Assembly (NCBI RefSeq): GCF_058153355.1
Contig: NZ_CM177019.1
Length of the DNA stretch: 64,000 nt
Reading direction: 5' to 3' (one strand)
How positions within the stretch are numbered: position 1 is the stretch's first letter; every line of letters starts with the position of its first letter. This document shows positions 41,197-50,881 of the stretch, one piece after another. The notes below the pieces were generated by a model. It ran no database searches. It had not been told where the DNA came from and worked only from the letters and a program-made list of their open reading frames with translations. Made by a program: the position numbers and the translations under genes.

Positions 41197-42768
41197 ATGG
41201 ACACCTCACTTGCTCATGAGAATGCCCGCCTGCGGGCACTGTTGCAGACGCAACAGGACACCATCCGCCAGATGGCGAAATACAACCGCCTGCTCTCACA
41301 GCGGGTGGCGGCTTATGCTTCCGAAATCAACCGGCTGAAGGCGCTGGTTGCAAAACTGCAGCGCATGCAGTTCGGTAAAAGCTCAGAAAAACTTCGTGCA
41401 AAAACCGAACGGCAGATACAGGAAGCACAGGAGCGAATCAGCGCTCTTCAGGAAGAAATGGCGGAAACGCTGGGTGAGCAATATGACCCGGTACTGCCAT
41501 CTCCCCTGCGCCAGTCTTCAGCCCGTAAACCGTTACCTGCCTCACTTCCCCGTGAAACCCGGGTCATCCGTCCGGAAGAGGAATGCTGCCCGGCCTGTGG
41601 TGGCGAACTCAGTTCTCTGGGATGTGATGTGTCAGAGCAACTGGAGCTTATCAGCAGCGCCTTTAAGGTTATCGAAACACAACGTCCGAAACTGGCCTGT
41701 TGCCGGTGCGACCATATCGTGCAGGCTCCGGTGCCTTCAAAACCCATTGCACGCAGTTATGCCGGAGCGGGGCTTCTGGCCCATGTTGTCGCTGGAAAAT
41801 ATGCAGACCATCTGCCGTTATACCGCCAGTCAGAAATATACCGTCGTCAGGGCGTGGAGCTGAGCCGTGCCACACTGGGGCGCTGGACAGGTGCTGTTGC
41901 TGAACTGCTGGAACCGCTGTATGACATCCTGCGCCAGTATGTGCTGATGCCCGGTAAAGTCCATGCCGATGATATCCCCGTTCCGGTCCAGGAGCCGGGC
42001 AGCGGTAAAACAAGGACTGCCCGGCTGTGGGTCTACGTTCGTGATGACCGTAACGCCGGTTCGGAAATGCCTCCGGCGGTCTGGTTCGCGTACAGCCCGG
42101 ACCGGAAAGGTATCCATCCACAGAATCATCTGGCCGGTTACAGCGGAGTGCTTCAGGCCGATGCTTACGGTGGTTACCGGGCGTTGTACGAATCCGGCAG
42201 AATAACGGAAGCCGCATGTATGGCTCATGCCCGGAGAAAAATCCACGATGTGCATGCAAGAGTGCCCACCGACATCACCACGGAAGCCCTGCAGCGTATC
42301 GGTGAACTGTATGCCATCGAGGCAGAGGTCCGGGGCTGTTCAGCAGAACAGCGTCTGGCGGCAAGAAAAGCCAGAGCCGCGCCACTGATGCAGTCACTGT
42401 ATGACTGGATACAGCAACAGATGAAAACACTGTCGCGTCACTCGGACACGGCAAAAGCGTTCGCATACCTGCTGAAACAGTGGGATGCACTGAACGTGTA
42501 CTGCAGTAATGGCTGGGTGGAAATCGACAACAACATCGCAGAGAACGCCTTACGGGGAGTGGCCGTAGGCCGGAAAAACTGGCTCTTCGCGGGTTCTGAC
42601 AGCGGTGGTGAACATGCTGCGGTGTTGTACTCGCTGATCGGCACATGCCGTCTGAACAATGTGGAGCCAGAAAAGTGGCTGCGTTACGTCATTGAACATA
42701 TCCAGGACTGGCCGGCAAACCGGGTACGCGATCTGTTGCCCTGGAAAGTTGATCTGAGCTCTCAGTAA
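41197..42768 (+). CDS. IS66 family transposase TnpC (Orf3)
   Basis: 523-aa ORF with leucine-zipper N-terminus, CxxC zinc motif, DDE domain, C-terminus ...[10 protein letters not shown]. Confidence 0.9.
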   Translation: MDTSLAHENARLRALLQTQQDTIRQMAKYNRLLSQRVAAYASEINRLKALVAKLQRMQFGKSSEKLRAKTERQIQEAQERISALQEEMAETLGEQYDPVLPSPLRQSSARKPLPASLPRETRVIRPEEECCPACGGELSSLGCDVSEQLELISSAFKVIETQRPKLACCRCDHIVQAPVPSKPIARSYAGAGLLAHVVAGKYADHLPLYRQSEIYRRQGVELSRATLGRWTGAVAELLEPLYDILRQYVLMPGKVHADDIPVPVQEPGSGKTRTARLWVYVRDDRNAGSEMPPAVWFAYSPDRKGIHPQNHLAGYSGVLQADAYGGYRALYESGRITEAACMAHARRKIHDVHARVPTDITTEALQRIGELYAIEAEVRGCSAEQRLAARKARAAPLMQSLYDWIQQQMKTLSRHSDTAKAFAYLLKQWDALNVYCSNGWVEIDNNIAENALRGVAVGRKNWLFAGSDSGGEHAAVLYSLIGTCRLNNVEPEKWLRYVIEHIQDWPANRVRDLLPWKVDLSSQ

Positions 42769-42967
42769 ATATCAATACGGTTCTGGCGAGCCGCTTACGT
42801 ACATCTTACAACAGAGACTGAATTTCCGGTTTTTCATAACCGGCGCATTCCGGAAAGTGCAGGCGGCCCGGAGGTTTTCTGACGCCACTACCTGGTAGAT
42901 TGTTCTGTACATCATGTACGGAGGTTTTTGTTTGCTTTTTTAAAATCTGCAAATGTGAGAAAAGCAG

Positions 42968-44131
42968 GTGAGGTGTATTGTGGGAAAGGAACTGGATGAT
43001 ATCTGCACCAGCTGTCCGTATATCGATGCTGTAAAACGGCACAAACAACAGCTCGGTGCCATAGAGGAATATACACAGTGGTTAAAAAAAGAACCACGGG
43101 CATCTTATTTTTTTCTGTTCCAGCTGTATACCCGCATTCACAATACATTTTTCTCCCAAAAGCAACAACTCCCGTTCACTCCCGGTGGCACTCACTGCCC
43201 GGAACCTGATGTCACCCTTCGGGACTTAACGCTTTCCCCTGGCTACCACAGTGATTATGCCCCTCAACCCATTCCGGAGATGGACAGTTCTGCTGTTGTT
43301 CCCCCAACTAATGAAAACACCTCGCCTCCGGAAGATACTCCCGACAACACTCCGGCCGGAGGCAATACCGGACAAGCGGAAAAGACCAGAAACGCAGGAC
43401 TCACACCCATTCCTGAAAAACGTTCAGGAATGCCCCCGGAACATCTGCGGTTTGCCACGGGGTTTCCATCGCAACCGAAGATTGCCGGTCCCAGAGAAAA
43501 GCCGATGCGCACCGTGCATCCGGATAAAATCTACCGTGAAATTATATGGTTCTGCTCCAGTTACCTGCTGAAATCCGGACCAGAGGCTACGAGGACGATT
43601 ATCAACTCAGTATTCTCTGAATGGGCCAGCATAAACAATGATTACCCCTCCCCCTTTTCGTGGGTGGACAGCAGGGACAGTGAACAGTGTGACTGGTTAT
43701 GGAACGCCATGCAGGTCCGGTGTGTGGGAACCCCGCTGAATCCCCTTACCCCGGAGCAGAAATACTGGTTTGCCTGCGCCACGTTTGATAACTGGGAGGG
43801 CTGGAATGAGCAACAGGTACAGTTTTTACTGGAAAGTAATCCCAGACGGAACAGAGCGAAGTTTACGCAGGTCTCCTTCCAGGCCCCCAGGATTCAGCAT
43901 AAAGCGATTCTTCTTGATGAGCTGAAAAGTGCCCGGGAGCAACAAAAAAGGCGTGATGAACGTGCTGATGGTTCCGTCCCTCTGAAACTGTCCGGAAAAA
44001 TCCACAAACAGCTTGAAAGTATTGCCCGAAGTCGTGGTGTCCTCCCAAAAAAACTGCTGAATGAAATGATTGAGCAGGCGTACCATGATTTGGTGGCAAC
44101 CAGGCAGAACTGCCAAATCGATTCCAGATAA
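42968..44131 (+). CDS. Hypothetical protein with Pro/Thr-rich linker and C-terminal ribbon-helix-helix-like segment
   Basis: 387-aa ORF; no ATG near the 5' end (GTG start at 42968 or 42980 assumed); low-complexity PPTNENTSPPEDTPDNTPAGG region. Confidence 0.5.
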   Translation: MRCIVGKELDDICTSCPYIDAVKRHKQQLGAIEEYTQWLKKEPRASYFFLFQLYTRIHNTFFSQKQQLPFTPGGTHCPEPDVTLRDLTLSPGYHSDYAPQPIPEMDSSAVVPPTNENTSPPEDTPDNTPAGGNTGQAEKTRNAGLTPIPEKRSGMPPEHLRFATGFPSQPKIAGPREKPMRTVHPDKIYREIIWFCSSYLLKSGPEATRTIINSVFSEWASINNDYPSPFSWVDSRDSEQCDWLWNAMQVRCVGTPLNPLTPEQKYWFACATFDNWEGWNEQQVQFLLESNPRRNRAKFTQVSFQAPRIQHKAILLDELKSAREQQKRRDERADGSVPLKLSGKIHKQLESIARSRGVLPKKLLNEMIEQAYHDLVATRQNCQIDSR

Positions 44132-44159
44132 TTTCAGACAGATATTATTTCCGTGAATC

Positions 44160-44198
44160 CCCCGCCACCTTTCCGGTGCGCGGGGTTTTGTCTTTTTT
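44160..44198 (+). terminator. Rho-independent terminator between the 387-aa ORF and the YeeP-like GTPase gene
   Basis: CCCGCCACC...GGTGCGCGGGG stem followed by GTTTTGTCTTTTTT. Confidence 0.6.
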
Positions 44199-44214
44199 CA
44201 CCGGGAATACATGT

Positions 44215-44874
44215 ATGAATCCGTCTGATGCCATTGAGGCAATTGAAAAACCGCTCTCCTCCCTGCCTTACTCACTTTCCCGTCACATCCTGGAACATCT
44301 GCGCAAACTCACCAGTCACGAACCCGTGCCTGGCATTATGGGTAAAAGCGGGGCCGGTAAATCCTCACTCTGTAATGCGCTGTTTCAGGGGGAGGTCACC
44401 CCGGTCAGTGATGTTCACGCCGGCACCCGGGAAGTGCAGCGCTTCCGTCTGAATGGCCATGGTCACAGCATGGTTATCACTGACCTGCCCGGGGTGGGCG
44501 AGAGCCGGGACAGGGATGCAGAGTATGAAGCCCTGTACCGTGACATTCTGCTCGAACTGGACCTGGTACTGTGGCTGATTAAAGCCGATGACCGTGCCCT
44601 GTCTGTGGATGAGTATTTCTGGCGACACATCCTGCACCGGGGACATCAGCGGGTACTGTTTGTGGTGATGCAGGCCGATAAAACGGAGCCCTGCCATGAA
44701 TGGGATATGGCCGGTATTCAGCCTTCTCCCGCAGAGGCACAGAACATTCGCGAAAAAACGGAGGCGGTATTCCGTCTGTTCCGGCCCGTACATCGGGTTG
44801 TTGCCGTATCGGCCCGCACCGGCTGGGAACTGAACCCGGTGGTGATGTACCAGGCTGTTGTTACAGATTTTTAA
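44215..44874 (+). CDS. Small GTPase of the YeeP/YfjP/YkfA island family
   Basis: Start MNPSDAIEAIE; P-loop GIMGKSGAGKSS, DLPG switch II, QADK-type G4; K-12 has yeeP at the equivalent island position. Confidence 0.8.
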   Translation: MNPSDAIEAIEKPLSSLPYSLSRHILEHLRKLTSHEPVPGIMGKSGAGKSSLCNALFQGEVTPVSDVHAGTREVQRFRLNGHGHSMVITDLPGVGESRDRDAEYEALYRDILLELDLVLWLIKADDRALSVDEYFWRHILHRGHQRVLFVVMQADKTEPCHEWDMAGIQPSPAEAQNIREKTEAVFRLFRPVHRVVAVSARTGWELNPVVMYQAVVTDF

Positions 44875-45050
44875 CTCCATGAAAACACTATGCAAACGCA
44901 GCCATACCCGGGTTGTCCCCTTGCGTTGTGTTTCTCAAGTTAATAGAATACATCAATCGTTACTATCATATCGATCGTTATAAACAATCGTTTGTAGTAA
45001 ATGACCTCCTCCGTGGTTGTCATGAAAATGCGTCTTAGGAAGGTTAAATA

Positions 45051-47447
45051 ATGCACGAAAAGAACATCGCCCTGCTTTGTGATGAAGCCGACCGACTTTT
45101 GCAACTGAACATTAATCTGCTCCGGCAAATGGTTGAGGAGCCAGATGTGTTATCTGACAGTAAGAACGAAAACAGACTGCTTTTTGATAAACAGAAAGCA
45201 CTGAAAAGAATTGAGGAGCTGGAGGGCGAACAAATCAAAACCGCCCGCAGGGAGATGGTGCTGGCTGTTGTCGGCACGATGAAAGCAGGCAAATCAACCA
45301 CCATCAACGCCATTGTGGGGCAGGAAATTCTGCCTAACCGTAACCGCCCCATGACCTCTGTACCGACGCTCATCCGCCACGTTCCCGGAAAAACTGAGCC
45401 GGTTCTCCATCTGGAACATATTCAGCCTGTCCGCAATTTATTAATCACACTGCAGGAAAAACTCGCCACCCCGGCAGGACAGCAGGTCGCACAGACCCTG
45501 CAGCAAACCGGGGATACCCGCGAACTGCTGGATATTCTGACGGATGATGGCTGGCTCAAAAATGAATACCACGGGGAGGAGGAAATCTTTACCGGACTGG
45601 CATCGTTAAACGATCTGGTTCGTCTTGCTGCGGCAATGGGGACTGAATTTCCTTTTGATGAATACGCAGAAGTGCAGAAACTGCCGGTGATCGACGTGGA
45701 ATTCAGCCATCTGGTGGGGATGGATGCATGCCAGGGAACACTCACACTGCTGGATACCCCCGGCCCTAATGAGGCCGGACAACCGCAGATGGAAGTGATG
45801 ATGCGGGATCAACTGCAGAAAGCCTCTGCGGTTCTGGCTGTGATGGATTACACCCAGATGAACTCAAAAGCGGATGAAGACGTCCGTAAAGAGCTTAATG
45901 CCATTGCTGACGTATCAGCCGGCCGCCTGTTTGTACTGGTCAATAAATTTGATGAGAAAGACCGCAATGGCGATGGGGCAGATGCCGTACGCCAGAAAGT
46001 TCCGGCAATGCTGAACAGCGATGTGCTGCCCGCCTCCCGCGTTTATCCCGGATCCTCACGCCAGGCATACCTGGCTAACCGTGCGCTTCATGAGTTACGG
46101 AAAAACGGAACCCTTCCTGTTGATGAAGCCTGGGTCGATGATTTTATCAGAGGTGCCTTCGGTTGCATGAAAAAAGAATACGTCTGTAAAGACAGTGAAC
46201 TGGCAACTGAAGGGGCGACAGACCTGTGGGAAGGCTCACTTATCGATCAACTGATAACGGAAGTCATACAGAGCTCACATTCCAGAGCTGCGGCACTGGC
46301 GGTTGACTCTGCCGCCGCAAAACTGATGCAGAATGCAGAAAATATCAGTGAATACCTGTTGTTACGCCATCAGGGGCTACAGCAAAGCATTCAGTCACTG
46401 CAGTCGCATATCACCAGCCTGCTTGCGGATATCCGGGAAATCGCGGACTGTCAGGAGCAGATGACCACTGATGTCAGAATGGCCATGGAGGAGATCGATA
46501 CTAAAACCCGGGAATTACTGACGGGGGTCTGCACCTCACTGGAAGAGGAGCTGAATGACTATTTCAGAAGCGGTAAACGCAAAGAACAGCAAATGCTGGA
46601 GGAAGAAGACGCAGAACAACGAAGGTCTCAGTCCGGATTATGGGGGAAAATTTCTCAATGGTCCGGTATCAACAACCAGGGCCGGGAGGATTACAGGAAA
46701 CGAGATTTTGCCCCGGACAGCCCCGAAATAAAATTCAGTGATCGCAGGGAAGCCCTTGAACTGATGACGCAAATCGAATCGACCGTGACCAGCCTGCACC
46801 GTGAGGCTGAAGCACAGTTCCGGCCTGAGCTGGAGAAAATCGTCAGCGGGATTGAAACAGGTTTTCGTGGCACGGCCCTGTACGCCACAGAAAACATTGC
46901 CGGTCGCATCAATGCCCGCCTGGAGGATGAGGGCTTTACCGTAAAAATCAGTTTTCCGGCAGTCAGCCAGTTACAGACCCGGCTCGCGGTAAAAATAAAT
47001 CTGAGTGCGCTTATGGAGGAAAGAACGGAGACCGTCACCCGTCGCCGTCGGCAGAGTGGCGTATGGGGAACCGTTTGTCGATGGTTTGGCACCAGTGACC
47101 TGGGCTGGGAAAACTATGACGAGGATGTGAGTCGCAGCGTGATCAATATCAACAAGGTCAGAGAGGAAGTTATGTCACTGACCCGGGCATATTTCGGGGA
47201 GCTGCAGGCATCCATTGAGCAGGATATTAACCAGCCCGTCCGCCAGGAAATCGATGCCTTTTTCTGCGCATTCAGGGAGAAAGTTGAACAACTGCGTAAC
47301 ACGCTGATTCAGAGCTCTGAAGATCATAAACGCGATCAGCAGGCGCAGGAACGGCTTACCGGGCGACTTCAGGCATTAAATGAAAGGGTTCCTGAGCTCA
47401 TTACTGACAGTAAGGCGCTGAGGGAAGAGCTGGAGACAATGCTGTGA
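45051..47447 (+). CDS. Bacterial dynamin-like large GTPase
   Basis: 798-aa ORF; GTPase motifs G1 GTMKAGKST, G3 DTPG, G4 NKFD in the N-terminal third; long helical, coiled-coil-rich C-terminal region; AGGAAGG RBS. Confidence 0.8.
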   Translation: MHEKNIALLCDEADRLLQLNINLLRQMVEEPDVLSDSKNENRLLFDKQKALKRIEELEGEQIKTARREMVLAVVGTMKAGKSTTINAIVGQEILPNRNRPMTSVPTLIRHVPGKTEPVLHLEHIQPVRNLLITLQEKLATPAGQQVAQTLQQTGDTRELLDILTDDGWLKNEYHGEEEIFTGLASLNDLVRLAAAMGTEFPFDEYAEVQKLPVIDVEFSHLVGMDACQGTLTLLDTPGPNEAGQPQMEVMMRDQLQKASAVLAVMDYTQMNSKADEDVRKELNAIADVSAGRLFVLVNKFDEKDRNGDGADAVRQKVPAMLNSDVLPASRVYPGSSRQAYLANRALHELRKNGTLPVDEAWVDDFIRGAFGCMKKEYVCKDSELATEGATDLWEGSLIDQLITEVIQSSHSRAAALAVDSAAAKLMQNAENISEYLLLRHQGLQQSIQSLQSHITSLLADIREIADCQEQMTTDVRMAMEEIDTKTRELLTGVCTSLEEELNDYFRSGKRKEQQMLEEEDAEQRRSQSGLWGKISQWSGINNQGREDYRKRDFAPDSPEIKFSDRREALELMTQIESTVTSLHREAEAQFRPELEKIVSGIETGFRGTALYATENIAGRINARLEDEGFTVKISFPAVSQLQTRLAVKINLSALMEERTETVTRRRRQSGVWGTVCRWFGTSDLGWENYDEDVSRSVININKVREEVMSLTRAYFGELQASIEQDINQPVRQEIDAFFCAFREKVEQLRNTLIQSSEDHKRDQQAQERLTGRLQALNERVPELITDSKALREELETML

Positions 47448-48349
47448 CTTCACCATTTATTCAACAAATTGCTGATAACCGGGTATGTCAGGTACTCACC
47501 TGTCTTCCTGAAAAATTTGTGGTTGATTTCGCAAACGGAATCGATGTTGCACAGGAGCATATCCGCACGGCCGGAGAGAGCACGTTCTTCCGGCGTTTAA
47601 AAGAGGGGCTGACCGGCGAAGGCGCTGCACGGCAGAATGCCATCAATGCGTCGCTTGCACAGGGCGTTGAGGCGTCCCTGCGCTGGCTGACGGAGATGAC
47701 AACGTCACTTGCCACCACAAACTACGCGATTACCCGGGTAAACGACAGGGTCAGTTCACTGGTCAGTGATACAGCCAGGCTGGCGCATTATTCCGCAGAT
47801 ACGCGGGAGCAGTTACTCACCCTGGCCGATCAGGTTCACCATAAACTGAATCATCTTGAAGAAAAACTCCACCGTGTTGACCAGGTTCAGCGGGCGCAGT
47901 TACATCTTGAGCAGATATTCTCATGGTGGAGCGCCGGGCGATATGCGTCATTTTCCCCTGCCGGACGTTGTTATGTGGCACTTGAAGAGCTTCGCTGGGG
48001 CGCGTTTGGTGATGTGATACGTCAGAGCGAAACAGGCCAGGTTAACCAGCTACTGGATATTCTCAGACATAAAGCATTAACGCAGATGGCACAGGAGAGT
48101 GGCGGTAGTGCAACCGTGCGTCTGAACACTCTGGACTGGCTTGGTGGTCAGGGCCGGGAGCAGGCAGATAACGAGTGGCATGACGCGATTAACTGGCTGG
48201 GAGACTGGTGCAGTGAAGAGCAGCATCCGGTGATCTGGTCAACCACGCAGGCTGCAGAACACTTACCGGTTCGCATGCCTCGCCTCTGCTCTGCAGAACG
48301 CCTCTCTGAAAGTATGGTCGATGAAATATTTCAGAAGGGGGCTGCATGA
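47444..48349 (+). CDS. Helical partner protein of the dynamin-like GTPase (no nucleotide-binding motif)
   Basis: 301-aa ORF; start overlaps upstream stop (ATGA) and its stop overlaps the downstream start. Confidence 0.7.
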   Translation: MTSPFIQQIADNRVCQVLTCLPEKFVVDFANGIDVAQEHIRTAGESTFFRRLKEGLTGEGAARQNAINASLAQGVEASLRWLTEMTTSLATTNYAITRVNDRVSSLVSDTARLAHYSADTREQLLTLADQVHHKLNHLEEKLHRVDQVQRAQLHLEQIFSWWSAGRYASFSPAGRCYVALEELRWGAFGDVIRQSETGQVNQLLDILRHKALTQMAQESGGSATVRLNTLDWLGGQGREQADNEWHDAINWLGDWCSEEQHPVIWSTTQAAEHLPVRMPRLCSAERLSESMVDEIFQKGAA

Positions 48350-49416
48350 GTACAGAAATGAAAACGGGGCTGGTGCTGTCCGGTGGCGGGGCGGTGGGCG
48401 CTTATCAGGCGGGAGTGGTTAAGGCACTGGCAGAGTGTGGTACACAGATCAGCATGGTTTCAGGGGCCAGCATTGGCGCATTCAATGGTGCCATTATCGC
48501 GGCCTCTCCCGATCTGTCAGAAGCTGCCGTACGCCTGGAGGCGCTCTGGGATCATCTGGGGAATAATCAGGTGCTGTCGGTAAACAGATTGGTTTACTTT
48601 TCATTGCTGAAAAAATTGTTCCAGGCAATGAACCTCTGCCAGATCCCCGGACGTGCAGGAGCACTGCTTACGACGCTTCTTCGCCATATATCGACAATCA
48701 ACGGGTTTGACAATCTGATGGCTCAGCCGTTGTTGTCAGATGAGCCCCTGACAGCGCTGATGGATCATTATCTTGATACTGATGCTCTGGCAGACGGGCT
48801 ACCGCTGTATGTGTCGCTGTACCCCACAGAAGGGGGCATGCAGGATATTATTGACTGCATTCGTGCTGAACTGGGTGTCGGAACCACGAAAAACGCCGTT
48901 TTTCAGCATATCCAGAGCCTGCCCCGCGGACAGCAGAAAGAGGCTCTGCTTGCGTCAGCCGCGCTGCCCCTGCTGTTCCGTCCCCGTGAGGTTCAGGGGA
49001 CAATGTTCGGTGATGGTGGTATGGGAGGATGGCGAAATATGCAGGGAAATACCCCTGTGACGCCTCTGGTCGATGCCGGATGCAATATGGTGATTGTGAC
49101 GCATCTGAGTGACGGTTCTTTATGGGATCGCCAGGCTTTTCCGGACACCACAATCCTTGAGATCCGTCCCCGGAAAAGGCTGAAATATGCAGGTGATGGT
49201 GGCAACAGCGGCGGTCTGCTCAGTTTTACATCGGCACATACCGACGCCTGGCGTCAGCAGGGCTATGAAGACACGATGCTGGCGATGGAGCATATCCGGA
49301 AACCGCTGGCAGCACGTCAGGCACTGACCCGGTCAGAGGCGGTATTGCAGAAAAGCCTGGATATAACGGAAGAGGCAGATTTGGCACTGAGAAACGCGAT
49401 GGCCCGGATTAAATAA
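48346..49416 (+). CDS. Patatin-like phospholipase
   Basis: 356-aa ORF with oxyanion-hole motif SGGGAVG, nucleophile elbow GASIG (GxSxG) and catalytic DGG (FGDGGMGG). Confidence 0.85.
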   Translation: MSTEMKTGLVLSGGGAVGAYQAGVVKALAECGTQISMVSGASIGAFNGAIIAASPDLSEAAVRLEALWDHLGNNQVLSVNRLVYFSLLKKLFQAMNLCQIPGRAGALLTTLLRHISTINGFDNLMAQPLLSDEPLTALMDHYLDTDALADGLPLYVSLYPTEGGMQDIIDCIRAELGVGTTKNAVFQHIQSLPRGQQKEALLASAALPLLFRPREVQGTMFGDGGMGGWRNMQGNTPVTPLVDAGCNMVIVTHLSDGSLWDRQAFPDTTILEIRPRKRLKYAGDGGNSGGLLSFTSAHTDAWRQQGYEDTMLAMEHIRKPLAARQALTRSEAVLQKSLDITEEADLALRNAMARIK

Positions 49417-49746
49417 AGACGCCCCAAAGAAACGCCACCGCCTGTGGTGGTGTTTTTCCTGTCTGGTGTTATTGAAAATATTTTCATATATATATTACCT
49501 GAGAGAAAGTTTTACCCCTCACCTGTCAATTCACTCACTGGAAATTTAATTATGAAATTACCTGTAAAGTTATTAATGAGCCTTATATCTCTGGTCAGCG
49601 TTATTGCACGTGCCGGGGAATATAAAAATTACAGCCGGGATGAAATAAAATACTGGCGATATACATCATACAAGGGGGGGAAACTTCCGGAAGGTTTCAC
49701 TGATGAGAAATTTTCCAGCGCCATTTACAACGGAAGAATATTTACA

Positions 49747-50235
49747 ATGAAACGTTTACATACCCTTATGTTATTTCTGGCGGTTCTGTTCACGGGCTTT
49801 AACTTTAACGCAGAAGCGGCTACCGTAAAACAAGCTCTTAGTTGTAACCCGGAAGCCTGGGCTGAACAACCTGGAGCGTGTCCATCAACGTACGAGTTGT
49901 ACGAAGGTGACGCTACCTACAAAGCCGCTATCGACAAAGCATTAAAACCGGTCGGACTGAGCGGCATGTTCGGTAAAGGCGGCTATATGGATGGCCCTGG
50001 TGGAGGTATCACGCCAGTAAACATTAACGGTACAGTCTGGTTCCAGGGCGACGGTTGCAAAGCCAATACCTGCGGCTGGGACTTTATCGTAACACTCTAT
50101 AACCCAAAAACCCATGAAGTTGTTGGCTACCGTTACTTTGGTTTAGATGACCCGGCCTACCTGGTTTGGTTCGGTGAAATTGGCGTGCATGAATTCGCGT
50201 ATCTGGTGAAAAACTACGTAGCTGCGGTTAACTAA
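49747..50235 (+). CDS. Secreted protein, possibly Ivy-like (inhibitor of vertebrate lysozyme fold)
   Basis: Signal peptide MKRLHTLMLFLAVLFTGFNFNAEA; loop GDGCKANTCGWDFIV resembles the Ivy CKPHDCG motif; same frame is open upstream to an ATG at 49552 with a second signal-like segment, so the start is uncertain. Confidence 0.5.
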   Translation: MKRLHTLMLFLAVLFTGFNFNAEAATVKQALSCNPEAWAEQPGACPSTYELYEGDATYKAAIDKALKPVGLSGMFGKGGYMDGPGGGITPVNINGTVWFQGDGCKANTCGWDFIVTLYNPKTHEVVGYRYFGLDDPAYLVWFGEIGVHEFAYLVKNYVAAVN

Positions 50236-50250
50236 TTTAAGGAGTCTATC

Positions 50251-50661
50251 ATGAAAACTTTTATCAAAACTTTACTCGTTGCTGTAACTATTCTGTTCTC
50301 TGTCTTCGCTACTGCGAAACAAGTAAAACTGCCAAATAACATCAAATACGTTAATACTACAGAAGCGTTTTCCTGTACCGAAATTGACGGTATGAATTGC
50401 CAGACAAAGAATCAGTTCAACTATAAAGATAACAGCTATGTTTTCGTGCTTGAACGTGGTGGTGCCTGGTGCTACGACTACACTGTCTCGGTAGTTAACC
50501 TGAAAACCGGGAAAGCACAAATGATTGAATACGGGGACAATCAACTGTGCTCAGGTAGCAACAAACCGTTCTTCGAAATCAAAAATGGCGTACCGACGGT
50601 AGGAGTCATCGACACATCCGGAAAACCTGTCGTTGTAGCCCAGGACAAACTTAAAATCTAA
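50251..50661 (+). CDS. Small secreted protein with four cysteines
   Basis: 136-aa ORF with signal peptide MKTFIKTLLVAVTILFSVFATA; AAGGAG RBS. Confidence 0.6.
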   Translation: MKTFIKTLLVAVTILFSVFATAKQVKLPNNIKYVNTTEAFSCTEIDGMNCQTKNQFNYKDNSYVFVLERGGAWCYDYTVSVVNLKTGKAQMIEYGDNQLCSGSNKPFFEIKNGVPTVGVIDTSGKPVVVAQDKLKI

Positions 50662-50804
50662 GGAGTAAACCATGCGTTTCTCTGCACATTATTAATATCA
50701 AAGGTAAATACAGCCCCAGCCATTGTTACCGGAAAGCCGCTTAATGCGTGGCTCGCCAGTGAAAGGCCTCTCAGACAATAAACCTTATTCATTTCACCCG
50801 TCAG

Positions 50805-50836
50805 GCCGCGTCTTCTCCGGGAGACGCGGCTTTTTT
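50805..50836 (+). terminator. Rho-independent terminator closing the dynamin/patatin/secreted-protein block
   Basis: GCCGCGTCT tctccgg GAGACGCGGC followed by T6. Confidence 0.75.
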
Positions 50837-50881
50837 CATTTATTGCACCAGTAAATCTTAACCACCGATAAGGAGCAAAGT

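Larger units (their letters stand above)
40330..42798 (+). mobile_element. IS66-family insertion sequence (2,469 bp) with 8-bp target-site duplication GTACATCT
   Basis: Ends GTAAGCGTCTT... and ...GCCGCTTAC; GTACATCT immediately on both flanks; three-ORF tnpA/tnpB/tnpC organisation. Confidence 0.9.

Noticed and set aside
41348-42646. Multiple alternative-frame ORFs inside IS66 tnpC
   Set aside because: Embedded within the 523-aa transposase ORF; compositionally biased translations.
44215-49416. Presence of flu (Ag43) or another autotransporter after the YeeP-like GTPase, as in K-12 CP4-44
   Set aside because: No autotransporter-like ORF (signal peptide, passenger repeats, beta-barrel) exists here; the slot is occupied by the dynamin/patatin operon instead.
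50659-50695. 7-codon ORF (MRFSAHY) with a strong AAGGAGT ribosome-binding site after the second secreted-protein gene
   Set aside because: Too short to call a gene; likely the truncated start of a lost paralog. Mentioned under the secreted-protein finding.
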